Origin: a virus
Length of the DNA: 64,000 bases
Reading direction: 5' to 3' (one strand)
IMG/VR virus record: IMGVR_UViG_3300037483_001670
Span: 64,001 to 128,000 of that record
Of the stretch, positions 47,908-56,410 are shown in pieces. The stretch's first letter is position 1. Each line of letters opens with the position of its first letter. Both the position numbers and the translations under genes were made by a program. The notes below the pieces were generated by a model. The model saw only the letters and a list, made by a program, of their open reading frames with translations, was not told the origin of the DNA and ran no database searches.

Positions 47908-48483
47908 ATGAACGACAAGCAACTCTACGACGAACTGCTCAACATGCTTCGGACGCGTTCGATGCGTACCGGCCGCACCTTCAAACTCGCGTCCGGCCGC
48001 ACGAGCGATTTCTTCATCGACTGCAAGGCGACCGTGCTCTCCGGCCGTGGCCACCATTTGGTCGGCGCCGTCCTCTTGCCTCGCATCATGGAGATGGCGA
48101 ACGATGTCGAAGCGGTCGCCGGCGTTGAACTTGGCGGCTGCCCGCTCGCGAGCGCCGTCGCCATGATGAGCTCGATCCGCGGCATGGTCGGTAAGCTCGA
48201 CGCGCTCTACGTCCGCAAAGCGGCCAAGGACCACGGCACCGAACGCCTGATCGAGGGCACGGCACACGTCCGCCCACGAGCCACCGTCGTTCTGCTCGAG
48301 GACGTGCTCACTACCGGCGGCTCCGCTCTGTCCGCAGTCGAAACCTTGCTCCGGTCCGACTTCGTGGTGCGCGGCGTTCTCGCGCTCGTCGACCGGGAGG
48401 AGGGCGCCGCGGAGGCCTTCGCCAAGGCGCACATCCCCTTCGCGAGCGTGTACACGCAAACTGTCCTACGGGCCGAGCCATGA
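47908..48483 (+). CDS. pyrE: orotate phosphoribosyltransferase
   Basis: FKLASGRTSDFFIDCK, GVELGG, VRKAAKDHGT, PRPP motif LLEDVLTTGGS, ALVDREEG. Confidence 0.95.
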   Translation: MNDKQLYDELLNMLRTRSMRTGRTFKLASGRTSDFFIDCKATVLSGRGHHLVGAVLLPRIMEMANDVEAVAGVELGGCPLASAVAMMSSIRGMVGKLDALYVRKAAKDHGTERLIEGTAHVRPRATVVLLEDVLTTGGSALSAVETLLRSDFVVRGVLALVDREEGAAEAFAKAHIPFASVYTQTVLRAEP

Positions 48484-49037
48484 GCGAGCCCACGATCCAT
48501 CTCTGGCGGTACCTGATTCCCAGCTCTGGCCTGGAAGGCTGGGGGCTCTTCCTCATCGCCTCCGACGGCTACTTCTCGTGCGTGTCCGACTACGGCAATT
48601 ACGCGTACCGGTGGAACGCCTTCGGTGACCGCGACTTCCGCGAGTTCCTGATCGGCCTGAACGCCGACTACCTCATCGGCAAGATCGCTCCCGAGCAGCG
48701 GTACGACGGCCCGCTCACGCTCGGGCACGTCAAAAAGTACATCGACGAGCTGCACGAGAAGAAAAACATTTCGGTCCACCGAATGAAAGAGGAGCTCGAG
48801 CTGATCGGGAAGACGTCTCTCGAGAACGAGTTCGCTTTTTTCGAATGGACGCAGGACACCTCGCTCGACGAACCGCAATCGTTCTACTCGACGTCGCACA
48901 GCTCCGACGTCCACAACTTCTGCAAACACCTCTGGCCGCGGTTCGTGGAGGTGCTGAAGAAAGATCTCGAGCTCGGCGCGGCGGCCGCGTTCCTCGCCCG
49001 CTCGCAAATGGGCGGAAACACCAAGGAGACCCCATGA
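48480..49037 (+). CDS. hypothetical protein
   Basis: ATGA overlap; SDYGNYAY motif. Confidence 0.65.
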   Translation: MSEPTIHLWRYLIPSSGLEGWGLFLIASDGYFSCVSDYGNYAYRWNAFGDRDFREFLIGLNADYLIGKIAPEQRYDGPLTLGHVKKYIDELHEKKNISVHRMKEELELIGKTSLENEFAFFEWTQDTSLDEPQSFYSTSHSSDVHNFCKHLWPRFVEVLKKDLELGAAAAFLARSQMGGNTKETP

Positions 49038-49318
49038 GCCTGCTCGACAAGGAATCGATGGAAAATCTGGCTCGAGCCATCGCCGAGCAGCTGCCCAAGG
49101 AGTACGTCATCGAGATCATCGGCGCGGCCGTCAAAAACGCGATCGATCGCTTCAGCTGGGGCGACGACAAGGTCGCTGATCTCGTCAAGGAATGCATCGT
49201 CGAGCGGGCGAGGGAACTCGTAAAGACCAAGTACAAGGAGCAGATCGAGCAAAAAGCTGATCTGCTCGCTGCCAAGATGGTGTCCGACATGTCGCGGCTC
49301 GTCGTTCGGGATCGATGA
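49034..49318 (+). CDS. hypothetical protein
   Basis: AAGGAG RBS. Confidence 0.6.
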   Translation: MSLLDKESMENLARAIAEQLPKEYVIEIIGAAVKNAIDRFSWGDDKVADLVKECIVERARELVKTKYKEQIEQKADLLAAKMVSDMSRLVVRDR

Positions 49319-49671
49319 CGCCCGAGAATCCGCGCCGGGTCGGCCCCTCTCGCGAGATCGTCTCCCTCAACGATAAGCTCGTGCCTTGGGACGTGGGCCT
49401 GGAGCAGCCGATCCTCTTTGGGATGCCCGGCTCGACGTGGCTCTACGTGGCCGGCTTTCCGAGCGTGAGCGAACTCCACGCCTTCATGATGCGAATCGGC
49501 ATCGGCGAATATACGATCAAGCTCATCGAGAGCACCGACGTGTTTCTGGCCTCGTTCACGCCCACGCAGCGAAGCCAATACTGCATCATCATCGATCCGT
49601 GGTTCACGCCCGAGGGGCGCATCCGCTTCTCGCAGCTCGACTGGAGCTCCGCCGTCGAGCCGGCCAGTTGA
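49315..49671 (+). CDS. hypothetical protein
   Basis: ATGA overlap. Confidence 0.6.
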   Translation: MTPENPRRVGPSREIVSLNDKLVPWDVGLEQPILFGMPGSTWLYVAGFPSVSELHAFMMRIGIGEYTIKLIESTDVFLASFTPTQRSQYCIIIDPWFTPEGRIRFSQLDWSSAVEPAS

Positions 49672-49688
49672 CGAGAACGAGGAGACAG

Positions 49689-49779
49689 CGGAGAGGGCGG
49701 GATTCGAACCCGCGAAACCCCATATTCGGAGCTTTCACACTTAGCAGGTGCGCGCCTTCGACCGCTCGGCCACCTCTCC
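49689..49779 (-). tRNA. tRNA-Ser(GCT)
   Basis: Cloverleaf, loop CT-GCT-AA, long variable arm, G73. Confidence 0.93.
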
Positions 49780-50234
49780 TAAAAATCGATACGTTCCCCG
49801 TCTAGCACGATGTTGTTGCGATGCGATTCCGGATTGATCCGCTTGTTCGTTGCATACTTCACGTTAGCGGTTTGGTCTGGATCGAGCGTTATTCCAGCCT
49901 TAATGTGCTCGATCTCTTCGATGGAAAAACAGTACGCGTCACCAGTCTGGCGTACGACGCCAACAATAAAATCGGTGTGCTCTTTGGTGTACCTGTAAAT
50001 TCGGAGCTGCTTCCCTGGGCTCATTTTGCGGAGGGGAACGCAGTACCTACCGTACGGCTTCACCAACATAGCTACCTTGACTTGGATTCGGAAAAAGCGA
50101 CCTTCTCGGTAAATAGCGAGATCGAAAGGCAAAGAATCTGACAGGGGCTGAAGAACGATGAGCCCCACCGCCATCAATCGTGAAGCGATCAGATACACGG
50201 CCGCGTCGCCACGCTGGGTCGTCGGTGAAAGCAT
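49779..50234 (-). CDS. PD-(D/E)XK endonuclease (free-standing, homing-endonuclease-like)
   Basis: RGD.A..L, PFDLAI, RIQVK; A/T-rich; stop codon overlaps G1 of tRNA-Ser. Confidence 0.75.
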   Translation of the reverse strand: MLSPTTQRGDAAVYLIASRLMAVGLIVLQPLSDSLPFDLAIYREGRFFRIQVKVAMLVKPYGRYCVPLRKMSPGKQLRIYRYTKEHTDFIVGVVRQTGDAYCFSIEEIEHIKAGITLDPDQTANVKYATNKRINPESHRNNIVLDGERIDF

Positions 50235-50299
50235 TTGCCAAGTAAGACGCGTCCATTGCGAAGTATGTTCACTTCAGACGGATTTTAAGGATTCGCTCC

Positions 50300-50500
50300 A
50301 TGAACGACGCCGAATTGAAGTTGGTCCATCGCGTTGAGGAACTCGCCCGCGAGCTCATCGACTCCGGCAGCAACCTGCGCCGCGGCGAGTGGCCCCGCGG
50401 GCGTGATAACCGCCGAGACATGGGCACGATCGCGCATGAGCTCGAGATCCTGCTCGTCCGCCTCGACGCCATTCGTTCGAACGCAGCCGTTTCGGTGTAG
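50300..50500 (+). CDS. hypothetical protein
   Basis: Short helical ORF. Confidence 0.45.
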   Translation: MNDAELKLVHRVEELARELIDSGSNLRRGEWPRGRDNRRDMGTIAHELEILLVRLDAIRSNAAVSV

Positions 50501-50510
50501 GCTGCCGCCC

Positions 50511-51122
50511 ATGGAATGGCGCGAACTGCGACCGATGTTCGAAGGCTGGGAGCTTTGCCTCGCTCTCATTCGGCGGTTCAACGATCACTACGCGATGGAC
50601 GAAGAGCAGCAGCACTACGTCTTCCGCTACGCCATGCAGGTGCCCGCCGGCGGCGTCGCCTTGGAGCTCGGCGTGTGCAATGGCAAAACAGCCGCGGTTC
50701 TCGCGTACTGCGCAGCGATGCGCGAGTTCGAGGCGCACGGCATCGACGGGTTCATCCTCGAGAACACCGCCGACGGCATCAACGAGACGATGCGCAAGCA
50801 CGATCTGCCGTTCACGCTCCACTACGGACTCACCGGCAACGAACCGATCCCCGGGCGGTACCTCCCCATTGTTCCGTGGGATCGACCGCTCGACCTATTG
50901 ATCGTCGACGGGAGCCACACGGACCCATGGGCGACCGACGACATCGCGCGCTGGACGCCGCTCGTCAAACCGGGCTGCGTCGCGCTGTTCCACGACTACG
51001 ACGGACGCGAGGACCAAACGAGCGCCCATCTCCCCGTGCGCCGCGCCGTCGATCGCCTCACGGCCGACTGGGGCATGGAGTACTACGTCAACGGCCTCAT
51101 GATCAAAAGGAAGCCGATCTAG
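50511..51122 (+). CDS. class I SAM-dependent methyltransferase (Methyltransf_24-like)
   Basis: ALELGVCNGKT, DLLIVDGSH, LVKPGCVALFHDY. Confidence 0.8.
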   Translation: MEWRELRPMFEGWELCLALIRRFNDHYAMDEEQQHYVFRYAMQVPAGGVALELGVCNGKTAAVLAYCAAMREFEAHGIDGFILENTADGINETMRKHDLPFTLHYGLTGNEPIPGRYLPIVPWDRPLDLLIVDGSHTDPWATDDIARWTPLVKPGCVALFHDYDGREDQTSAHLPVRRAVDRLTADWGMEYYVNGLMIKRKPI

Positions 51123-51209
51123 CGGAGGAAGTGCGATTCGAACGCACGTCGCCCTGACGGACGATCCGGTTTTCGAGACCGGTGGCTTAAGCCTCTCACC
51201 CATTCCTCC
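51123..51209 (-). tRNA. tRNA-Ser(CGA)
   Basis: Loop CT-CGA-AA, long variable arm. Confidence 0.93.
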
Positions 51210-51232
51210 AAAAGTTCAGTAAGCTGTTGGCG

Positions 51233-51406
51233 ATGGACATTCCCCGCCGCGCTCGCCTCGACCTGAGCACGCCCGCCGAGCTCGCCATCCGCGCGGCCGT
51301 GGACGCCGTCGAAAACCTGCCTGCCGATCCTCGCCTCACCCAGGCCGTCATTCTGCTTCAGCAGGCACGCGAAAAGGTCGCCGACTACGTTGACGACGTC
51401 CGGTAG
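51233..51406 (+). CDS. small hypothetical protein
   Basis: MDIPRRARLDL...; 57 aa, coupled to the next ORF. Confidence 0.5.
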   Translation: MDIPRRARLDLSTPAELAIRAAVDAVENLPADPRLTQAVILLQQAREKVADYVDDVR

Positions 51407-51409
51407 CCG

Positions 51410-51637
51410 ATGCGGATCGTCGACTCCCGCTCCGGTCGCGAGGTGAAGCTCGGCGAGGTCGTGACCTACCCCGAAGACCGCTATTCGTGGCGCCTGCTCG
51501 GCGCTGTGCAGCTGTCCTTCGGCGTGGCGCGGTTCACCGTCCAGCTGCCCACGGGCCAAGTCAGCGTCGTCGACGGACCCATCCGCCGCACCCACCCGCG
51601 GCACTTCCTCCAGAAGGTCGCGTTTCTGCCGACGTGA
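51410..51637 (+). CDS. hypothetical protein
   Basis: Protein-like composition. Confidence 0.5.
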   Translation: MRIVDSRSGREVKLGEVVTYPEDRYSWRLLGAVQLSFGVARFTVQLPTGQVSVVDGPIRRTHPRHFLQKVAFLPT

Positions 51638-51758
51638 CGCTCTCGGGTTGTACACGAATTTCTACTATGTGCCGGACCGCGGTAAATCCCTCGCTCCCCG
51701 CAAAAAAAAAGTTCCTCGGCTTGTCAGATGGGCCTGGATCGGGGGGTAGGGTCCCGGC

Positions 51759-51944
51759 ATGACCCAAAAAGACGCCCTGCTCGACAAGATCGAAGACTGC
51801 TGCGATCACCAGCTCGACTTCTTCTGTCCGCGCCTGCGTGAGCGCCTGGCCCGCCGGCTCAGCCGGCGCGATCTCACCGCCCTGCGGGACGCGTTCATGC
51901 TCGCCTACCAAGAAGGCTTCCAGCGCGCGGAGTTACGCGACTGA
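51759..51944 (+). CDS. hypothetical protein
   Basis: Short ORF after an A/T-rich intergenic region. Confidence 0.45.
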   Translation: MTQKDALLDKIEDCCDHQLDFFCPRLRERLARRLSRRDLTALRDAFMLAYQEGFQRAELRD

Positions 51945-52436
51945 CCGTATATGTATGTTCACATGTTGGCATTTCGTGGATAACCTCGGACCAAAGTCCG
52001 CCTAGACTGGGCTACGAAGACCGCGAGCTGAGCGTCGTCCCGAGGGACCAGCTCGTCTTGGCCATCTCATAAAGAACCGAACGCCACGCCTGACGTTCTC
52101 GTCGACCCCGACTACGAGAACCGAATCCTCGATCTGGCTATCGAGGCGCTCTCCGACGTCGTCGAGTGCGACGAGTCGGTCGTCCTCATCCGCTGGGTCT
52201 CGATCGCCGAGCTCCTTCGCGGGCGCCTTGCCGCCGGCTCGATCGGTCGCAAGGTCCCGCTGCTCTACGTCCTCTTCAGCGAGGTCTCCCACCCGACCCC
52301 ATGCCCGCTCCCCGGCATCGCCTGTGGCCTGTCGTTCCGTGGGCGCCGCCTTCGCGGCCGTGGCAATCTTGTTTGTCACCGCAACGTCCGCAGCGCCGCC
52401 GCCGGCTCGACGCAAACGCCGGCGGCCCAAGAGGGC

Positions 52437-52622
52437 ATGATGGTCATCAACTGGGAACACGAAGAACCGATGGCCGAGAACGAGATGCAAGCCGTCGTGG
52501 TGCTCATTCACCGCGGCAAGATCACGGACGGCACGCGGGTGACCCGCGCCCTGCTCGCGACCCTTCTCGGCTGCACGCATCCAAACGGGCCCTGCACGAC
52601 CTGCGCGAACCAGCTCAACTAG
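52437..52622 (+). CDS. hypothetical protein
   Basis: Stop abuts the tRNA 3' end. Confidence 0.4.
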   Translation: MMVINWEHEEPMAENEMQAVVVLIHRGKITDGTRVTRALLATLLGCTHPNGPCTTCANQLN

Positions 52623-52705
52623 CGGAGAGAGCGCGATTCGAACGCGCGATGCTTACGCACTCCCGTTTTCAAAACGGGCGCCTTCGTCCACTCAGCCACC
52701 TCTCC
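52623..52705 (-). tRNA. tRNA-Ser(TGA)
   Basis: Loop TT-TGA-AA, long variable arm. Confidence 0.93.
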
Positions 52706-52813
52706 AGGCTCCCACGAGCCGAATCGACATCCTGCCCCTCCAACGCTCCCACTCTTCCTCCACGCTCCCACGCGGCGTCGAACTACGTTCGGCCTCCGAT
52801 GTCCCACCCCCTT

Positions 52814-53356
52814 CTAGTGGACATCGTGGCCGAAAAACTGCCGAGGGTCGAGCGGGTCCGCGTCGAGCACGTGGTCGTACATCGCGTCCGCGCGCACGAC
52901 GAGCTGCTCTTCCCACATCTCGCGCGTGTTCGTGTCGTACGTGTGAACGGCCACCCGAAAGACACCCTCTACCTCCTCCAGAATCGACACGTGCCGCCCC
53001 TCCGGATGCGCGTAGCCCGGCCGAACCTCACTCGGGATCGCCAAGCGCAGCTGCCCGCGCGGATCGAGCTCGAGAATGTGCTCGGGCCCGAACGCCACCT
53101 CGGCACCGAGCCGCATGGGCAAGGACGACGGAACATTGTCGAGCTTACCCACGTAGCGCTCGCCCTCTTGGCGCACAATCTCGAACCACATCCGCTCGCC
53201 GGCAGGCCGATCCGTTCGCCGCTCGTCGTGGTTGACGATGAGTTTGACGAAGTCGCCGACGCGCATCCCCTCGCGCGCGGCTCTCTCGACGATCTCAAAC
53301 GTCGTCGGGTGATCGCGATGCACTTGCTCTACATCCACAAGGTGACAGCCGTCCAT
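52814..53356 (-). CDS. DUF2314-like hypothetical protein
   Basis: GDFVKL...GERMWF...YVGKLDNVP...F..EHI. Confidence 0.55.
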   Translation of the reverse strand: MDGCHLVDVEQVHRDHPTTFEIVERAAREGMRVGDFVKLIVNHDERRTDRPAGERMWFEIVRQEGERYVGKLDNVPSSLPMRLGAEVAFGPEHILELDPRGQLRLAIPSEVRPGYAHPEGRHVSILEEVEGVFRVAVHTYDTNTREMWEEQLVVRADAMYDHVLDADPLDPRQFFGHDVH

Positions 53357-53358
53357 AA

Positions 53359-53371
53359 GTTACGTTTGTAC
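53359..53371 (-). promoter_or_regulatory. dyad box variant
   Basis: GTTACGTTTGTAC 2 nt from the ATG at 53356. Confidence 0.55.
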
Positions 53372-53384
53372 CACTTTTGCTCAG

Positions 53385-53471
53385 CGGAAGGGACGCGATT
53401 CGAACGCGCGTGACCCTTGCGGGCCAACCTGCTTTCCAGACAGGTGTCTTGAGCCACTCGACCACCCTTCC
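53385..53471 (-). tRNA. tRNA-Ser(GGA)
   Basis: Loop CT-GGA-AA, long variable arm. Confidence 0.93.
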
Positions 53472-53474
53472 AAG

Positions 53475-53702
53475 TTACTTCCGTGACGTCCGAGCGCGCG
53501 AAGCCTTCGGCAAAACGACCGATCCCATTTTTTGCAAGAGCGCCTGCATATTGGGAGCCTTCGGCGGCATCGTGTGCTCGACGTCCTCGCGGGTCAGCGC
53601 CCGGAGATTCGCGCCAACGAACGCCACCAATCGAGGAACGAGGGCGGCCCGCGGGTATTTGCCACGCTGCAAACGAAGTCGACGCCGGCGCCGAGGGTTC
53701 AT
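53475..53702 (-). CDS. small basic hypothetical protein
   Basis: ATGA coupling; ends 3 nt before a tRNA. Confidence 0.45.
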   Translation of the reverse strand: MNPRRRRRLRLQRGKYPRAALVPRLVAFVGANLRALTREDVEHTMPPKAPNMQALLQKMGSVVLPKASRARTSRK

Positions 53703-53929
53703 GGGATTCGGGCCGCCAGCTTACACGCCCGACAGCGCCGCCGCACGGCGTTCGTGTACCCCATCAGATCGCGCTTGGCTTCGCGCTCGTGCCCGCATTC
53801 GTACCGCTCGAACACATATTTACCGACGCACCACGACGCCACGACACGCCGCAGCGGCCCCGACTTGGCCCCGTTGCTTCGCGGACGCGGCCCCCGGTTG
53901 TTCCAAAACAGGTTGCTGAGCGATCCCAT
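53699..53929 (-). CDS. small Cys-containing hypothetical protein
   Basis: GGAGG RBS; CGH..CRAC. Confidence 0.5.
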   Translation of the reverse strand: MGSLSNLFWNNRGPRPRSNGAKSGPLRRVVASWCVGKYVFERYECGHEREAKRDLMGYTNAVRRRCRACKLAARIP

Positions 53930-53987
53930 GCGACACCTCCGTCTCCTAGTCCCGAGCGTCTCAGCTCGTAGACGGAAGGTGTTGCAG

Positions 53988-54059
53988 TCAGAGTGGCGGG
54001 ACTCGAACCCGCGACCTCGTGGTCCCCAACCACGCGCGCTACCACTGCGCTACACCCTG
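53988..54059 (-). tRNA. tRNA-Pro(GGG)
   Basis: Loop TT-GGG-GA. Confidence 0.92.
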
Positions 54060-54063
54060 GAAA

Positions 54064-54264
54064 CTACAAATAGTCCCTCTTCCGACGAAAGTGGCCCACG
54101 TCGAGCCCCTCCGCCGTGTAGGCGAGCGGGTGGTGCTGCGCCGTGTGACCGACGTAGCACCACCCGCAAACCCGCTGCGGGCACCAGAGGCACCGCCAAT
54201 CGACATCCTCCTCGGGGATCCGTCGCCCACAGCCGACGCACTTCTGCGGCCAGGTCCGCGTCAA
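54064..54264 (-). CDS. small Cys-rich protein
   Basis: CVGC, CLWC, CGWC. Confidence 0.5.
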   Translation of the reverse strand: MTRTWPQKCVGCGRRIPEEDVDWRCLWCPQRVCGWCYVGHTAQHHPLAYTAEGLDVGHFRRKRDYL

Positions 54265-54791
54265 CCCGCCTCGCGCACGAGGTCAGTACAGAACGGCTCC
54301 CACTCTTCCGGCAGCTTCTTCGTGTGTACCCGGAACGCCGCGATCGGCAGCTGCTTCGGCTTGAACGGCAGCCGCTTCAGCGTCATACCCGCCTCCGCCG
54401 GCGTGCGCCGACCCTTGCGCGTGTTGCACGGGCGGCAGGCGGTGACCGCATTCTCCCAGTTCTTGCGGCCGCCCCGCGACTTCGGAACAACGTGGTCGAT
54501 GGTCAGCTTGAGAACCGGAAACTTGCCGTCGCAGTACTGGCAGCGCTGGCCGTCGCGCGCGAACACGTTTTCGCGCGAAAAGCGCACCTGGCGCATCATG
54601 CTCGGCGTCGGCTTCTTCAGCCGCAGCACCGCCGGGATTTTCATCGTGACCGACGGGCTCGACACCGTCTCGTCGTACTCGGCCACGATGTCGACCGTGC
54701 CCTTGTAAACCATCACGATCGCGCTCTGCCAGCAGACCACCTTGTGCCGCGAATAGTGCGGCGTCAGCACCAACGTTCTCGCCTCCATCAC
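54261..54791 (-). CDS. HNH endonuclease
   Basis: RENVFARDGQRCQYC, LTIDHVVPKSRGG, WENAVTACRPCNTRKG. Confidence 0.92.
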   Translation of the reverse strand: MMEARTLVLTPHYSRHKVVCWQSAIVMVYKGTVDIVAEYDETVSSPSVTMKIPAVLRLKKPTPSMMRQVRFSRENVFARDGQRCQYCDGKFPVLKLTIDHVVPKSRGGRKNWENAVTACRPCNTRKGRRTPAEAGMTLKRLPFKPKQLPIAAFRVHTKKLPEEWEPFCTDLVREAG

Positions 54792-54824
54792 ACACCTACC
54801 TTATTGTTTGCATGTTAAACCTCG

Positions 54825-54909
54825 TGCTCACGGCAGGAGTCGAACCTGCATGCCCCGAAGGGCGGCTGGGTTTGGACCAGCTGCGTCTGCCTAGTTCCGC
54901 CACGCGAGC
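54825..54909 (-). tRNA. tRNA-Leu(CAA), C33 variant
   Basis: Stem GCTGG/CCAGC, loop TC-CAA-AC, long variable arm. Confidence 0.88.
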
Positions 54910-54912
54910 GCA

Positions 54913-55071
54913 CTACCAACCGACTGGCGACCAACACCATTCCACGTTTCCGTTCCGCTTGACCCGCACGTAGAGCCCCATCAGGCCGGTGACGTTCCGC
55001 CTCGCGCCTTTCACCTCGACGACGCGCTCGCCGTCAAGGATGACGACGGGGGCCTGCGTCACGTCCAGCAT
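54913..55071 (-). CDS. small hypothetical protein
   Basis: Ends 3 nt before a tRNA. Confidence 0.4.
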   Translation of the reverse strand: MLDVTQAPVVILDGERVVEVKGARRNVTGLMGLYVRVKRNGNVEWCWSPVGW

Positions 55072-55340
55072 TCGACGATCTTCACGTCGTCGCGCGGATG
55101 GCGCGCCGTCCATAGGAAGCCAGGTGGAATCTTCGAGCGAGCCTCCTCGATCGTATCGACAACCTCGAACGCCTCGTCCGGGAGGCTGTGGTCGAGGTGC
55201 GACTTCCATCCGCGCACGAGGTACTTGCCCGGGTAAAACTCGGTGTCGAAGTAGATCGTGTACGTCTGAACGCCATGCTCGTACTTCTTGCGGTACTCCT
55301 CGGTCGTGTCGCGTCCGTCGCCTTCGAAGAGCATTTCCAA
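55059..55340 (-). CDS. hypothetical protein
   Basis: Protein-like composition. Confidence 0.55.
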   Translation of the reverse strand: MEMLFEGDGRDTTEEYRKKYEHGVQTYTIYFDTEFYPGKYLVRGWKSHLDHSLPDEAFEVVDTIEEARSKIPPGFLWTARHPRDDVKIVECWT

Positions 55341-55351
55341 AGTTTACCAGG

Positions 55352-55438
55352 TGTCACCGACCGGAGTCGAACCGGTACGCCCAGAAGGGCACCAGACTCT
55401 CATTCTGGCGCGTCTGCCTGTAGTTCCGCCACGGTGAC
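55352..55438 (-). tRNA. tRNA-Leu(GAG), A37
   Basis: Loop AT-GAG-AG, long variable arm. Confidence 0.9.
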
Positions 55439-55970
55439 GATGCGTTTTTTCTGTCGACAGGACGTCTCCATCTGTGAGTGACAATTCGGGCAAAGAAACC
55501 TAAGATTTTCGAGACGATCGTCACTTCTGTCTCCGTTTGAATGATCGACCTCCAAGCGCAGCAGTTTGTCGTTCCACTCCGGAAGCAGACCGCATTCCGC
55601 GCAAACATACGGAACGCCCGCTTCCTTCATCGCTCGCGTCAACAGCGCGCCGGCCCGCCTACCGCCCGCAACGCGCTTGATCAGCAGTTCTACGTGCGTC
55701 TTTTTCGGTGGCACGTGATCGCGTCCACGATTCGTGCCCTGTAGCGTGAAGTGCGAGGTGTCGAGTCCGTATTCGAGAATCCGATCAACGATCATGTTGT
55801 GCGAACCGCCAGAAAATTTCACGAAACCAAGACTTCGCATGACACCTGCAACGCTTTTCGACGCAGCTACATGCGGCGCCAAGAACTCCACGGTGTATTT
55901 GCGCTTGCAATGCCTGACCGGACCTGGCCTCGGCCTTCGAAATGAAACCATGTCCGAAAATGATTTACCG
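55400..55970 (-). CDS. HNH endonuclease (tRNA-cluster type; start approximate)
   Basis: SVAGVMRSLG N-terminal motif, CAECG, LEVDHSNGDRSDDRLENLRFLCPNCH; A/T-rich. Confidence 0.85.
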
Positions 55971-56026
55971 CACATGAACAGCTGCGATCCACGAGCAACT
56001 TTCGCAGAACGGACAATCAATGTCAG

Positions 56027-56115
56027 TGCCAAGGACGAGATTCGAACTCGCACACCCCGAAGGGGTACGTCGTTCTGAGCGACGCGCGTCTACCGATTGG
56101 TTCCGCCACCTTGGC
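56027..56115 (-). tRNA. tRNA-Leu(CAG), A37
   Basis: Loop CT-CAG-AA, long variable arm. Confidence 0.92.
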
Positions 56116-56116
56116 C

Positions 56117-56191
56117 TGGTACCCCGGGACGGATTCGAACCGTCGGTCTTTCGCGTGTCGAGCGAACGCTCTTCCTCTGAGCTACCGGGGC
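56117..56191 (-). tRNA. tRNA-Val(GAC), C33 variant, CCA encoded
   Basis: Stem TTCGC/GCGAA, loop TC-GAC-AC. Confidence 0.88.
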
Positions 56192-56197
56192 GTGATA

Positions 56198-56210
56198 GTT
56201 ACGATCGTAC
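56198..56210 (+). promoter_or_regulatory. dyad box
   Basis: GTTACGATCGTAC between a divergent tRNA and the ATG at 56219. Confidence 0.65.
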
Positions 56211-56218
56211 TTCTTTCC

Positions 56219-56407
56219 ATGCTCGACGTTGTCCACGTGATCCGCAAAGAGACCAGCATGCCGCTCTGCCACAACATCACCGGACTCGGCAAAACCCAGG
56301 ATTGGCCGAAGGGCCACAAGTGGGTCCTCCTCGGCGATCCCGACGACGGCAACGCTACGTGCCCCCACTGCGCCGGACTCCGCAAGGCGCTCCGCCAAGG
56401 ACGGTGA
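56219..56407 (+). CDS. small Zn-binding protein
   Basis: LCH...CPHC. Confidence 0.5.
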   Translation: MLDVVHVIRKETSMPLCHNITGLGKTQDWPKGHKWVLLGDPDDGNATCPHCAGLRKALRQGR

Positions 56408-56410
56408 CCG

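Noticed and set aside
49779-50234. Group I intron around the PD-(D/E)XK gene
   Set aside because: No interrupted host gene and no recognisable P-Q-R-S core. The adjacent tRNA is intact.
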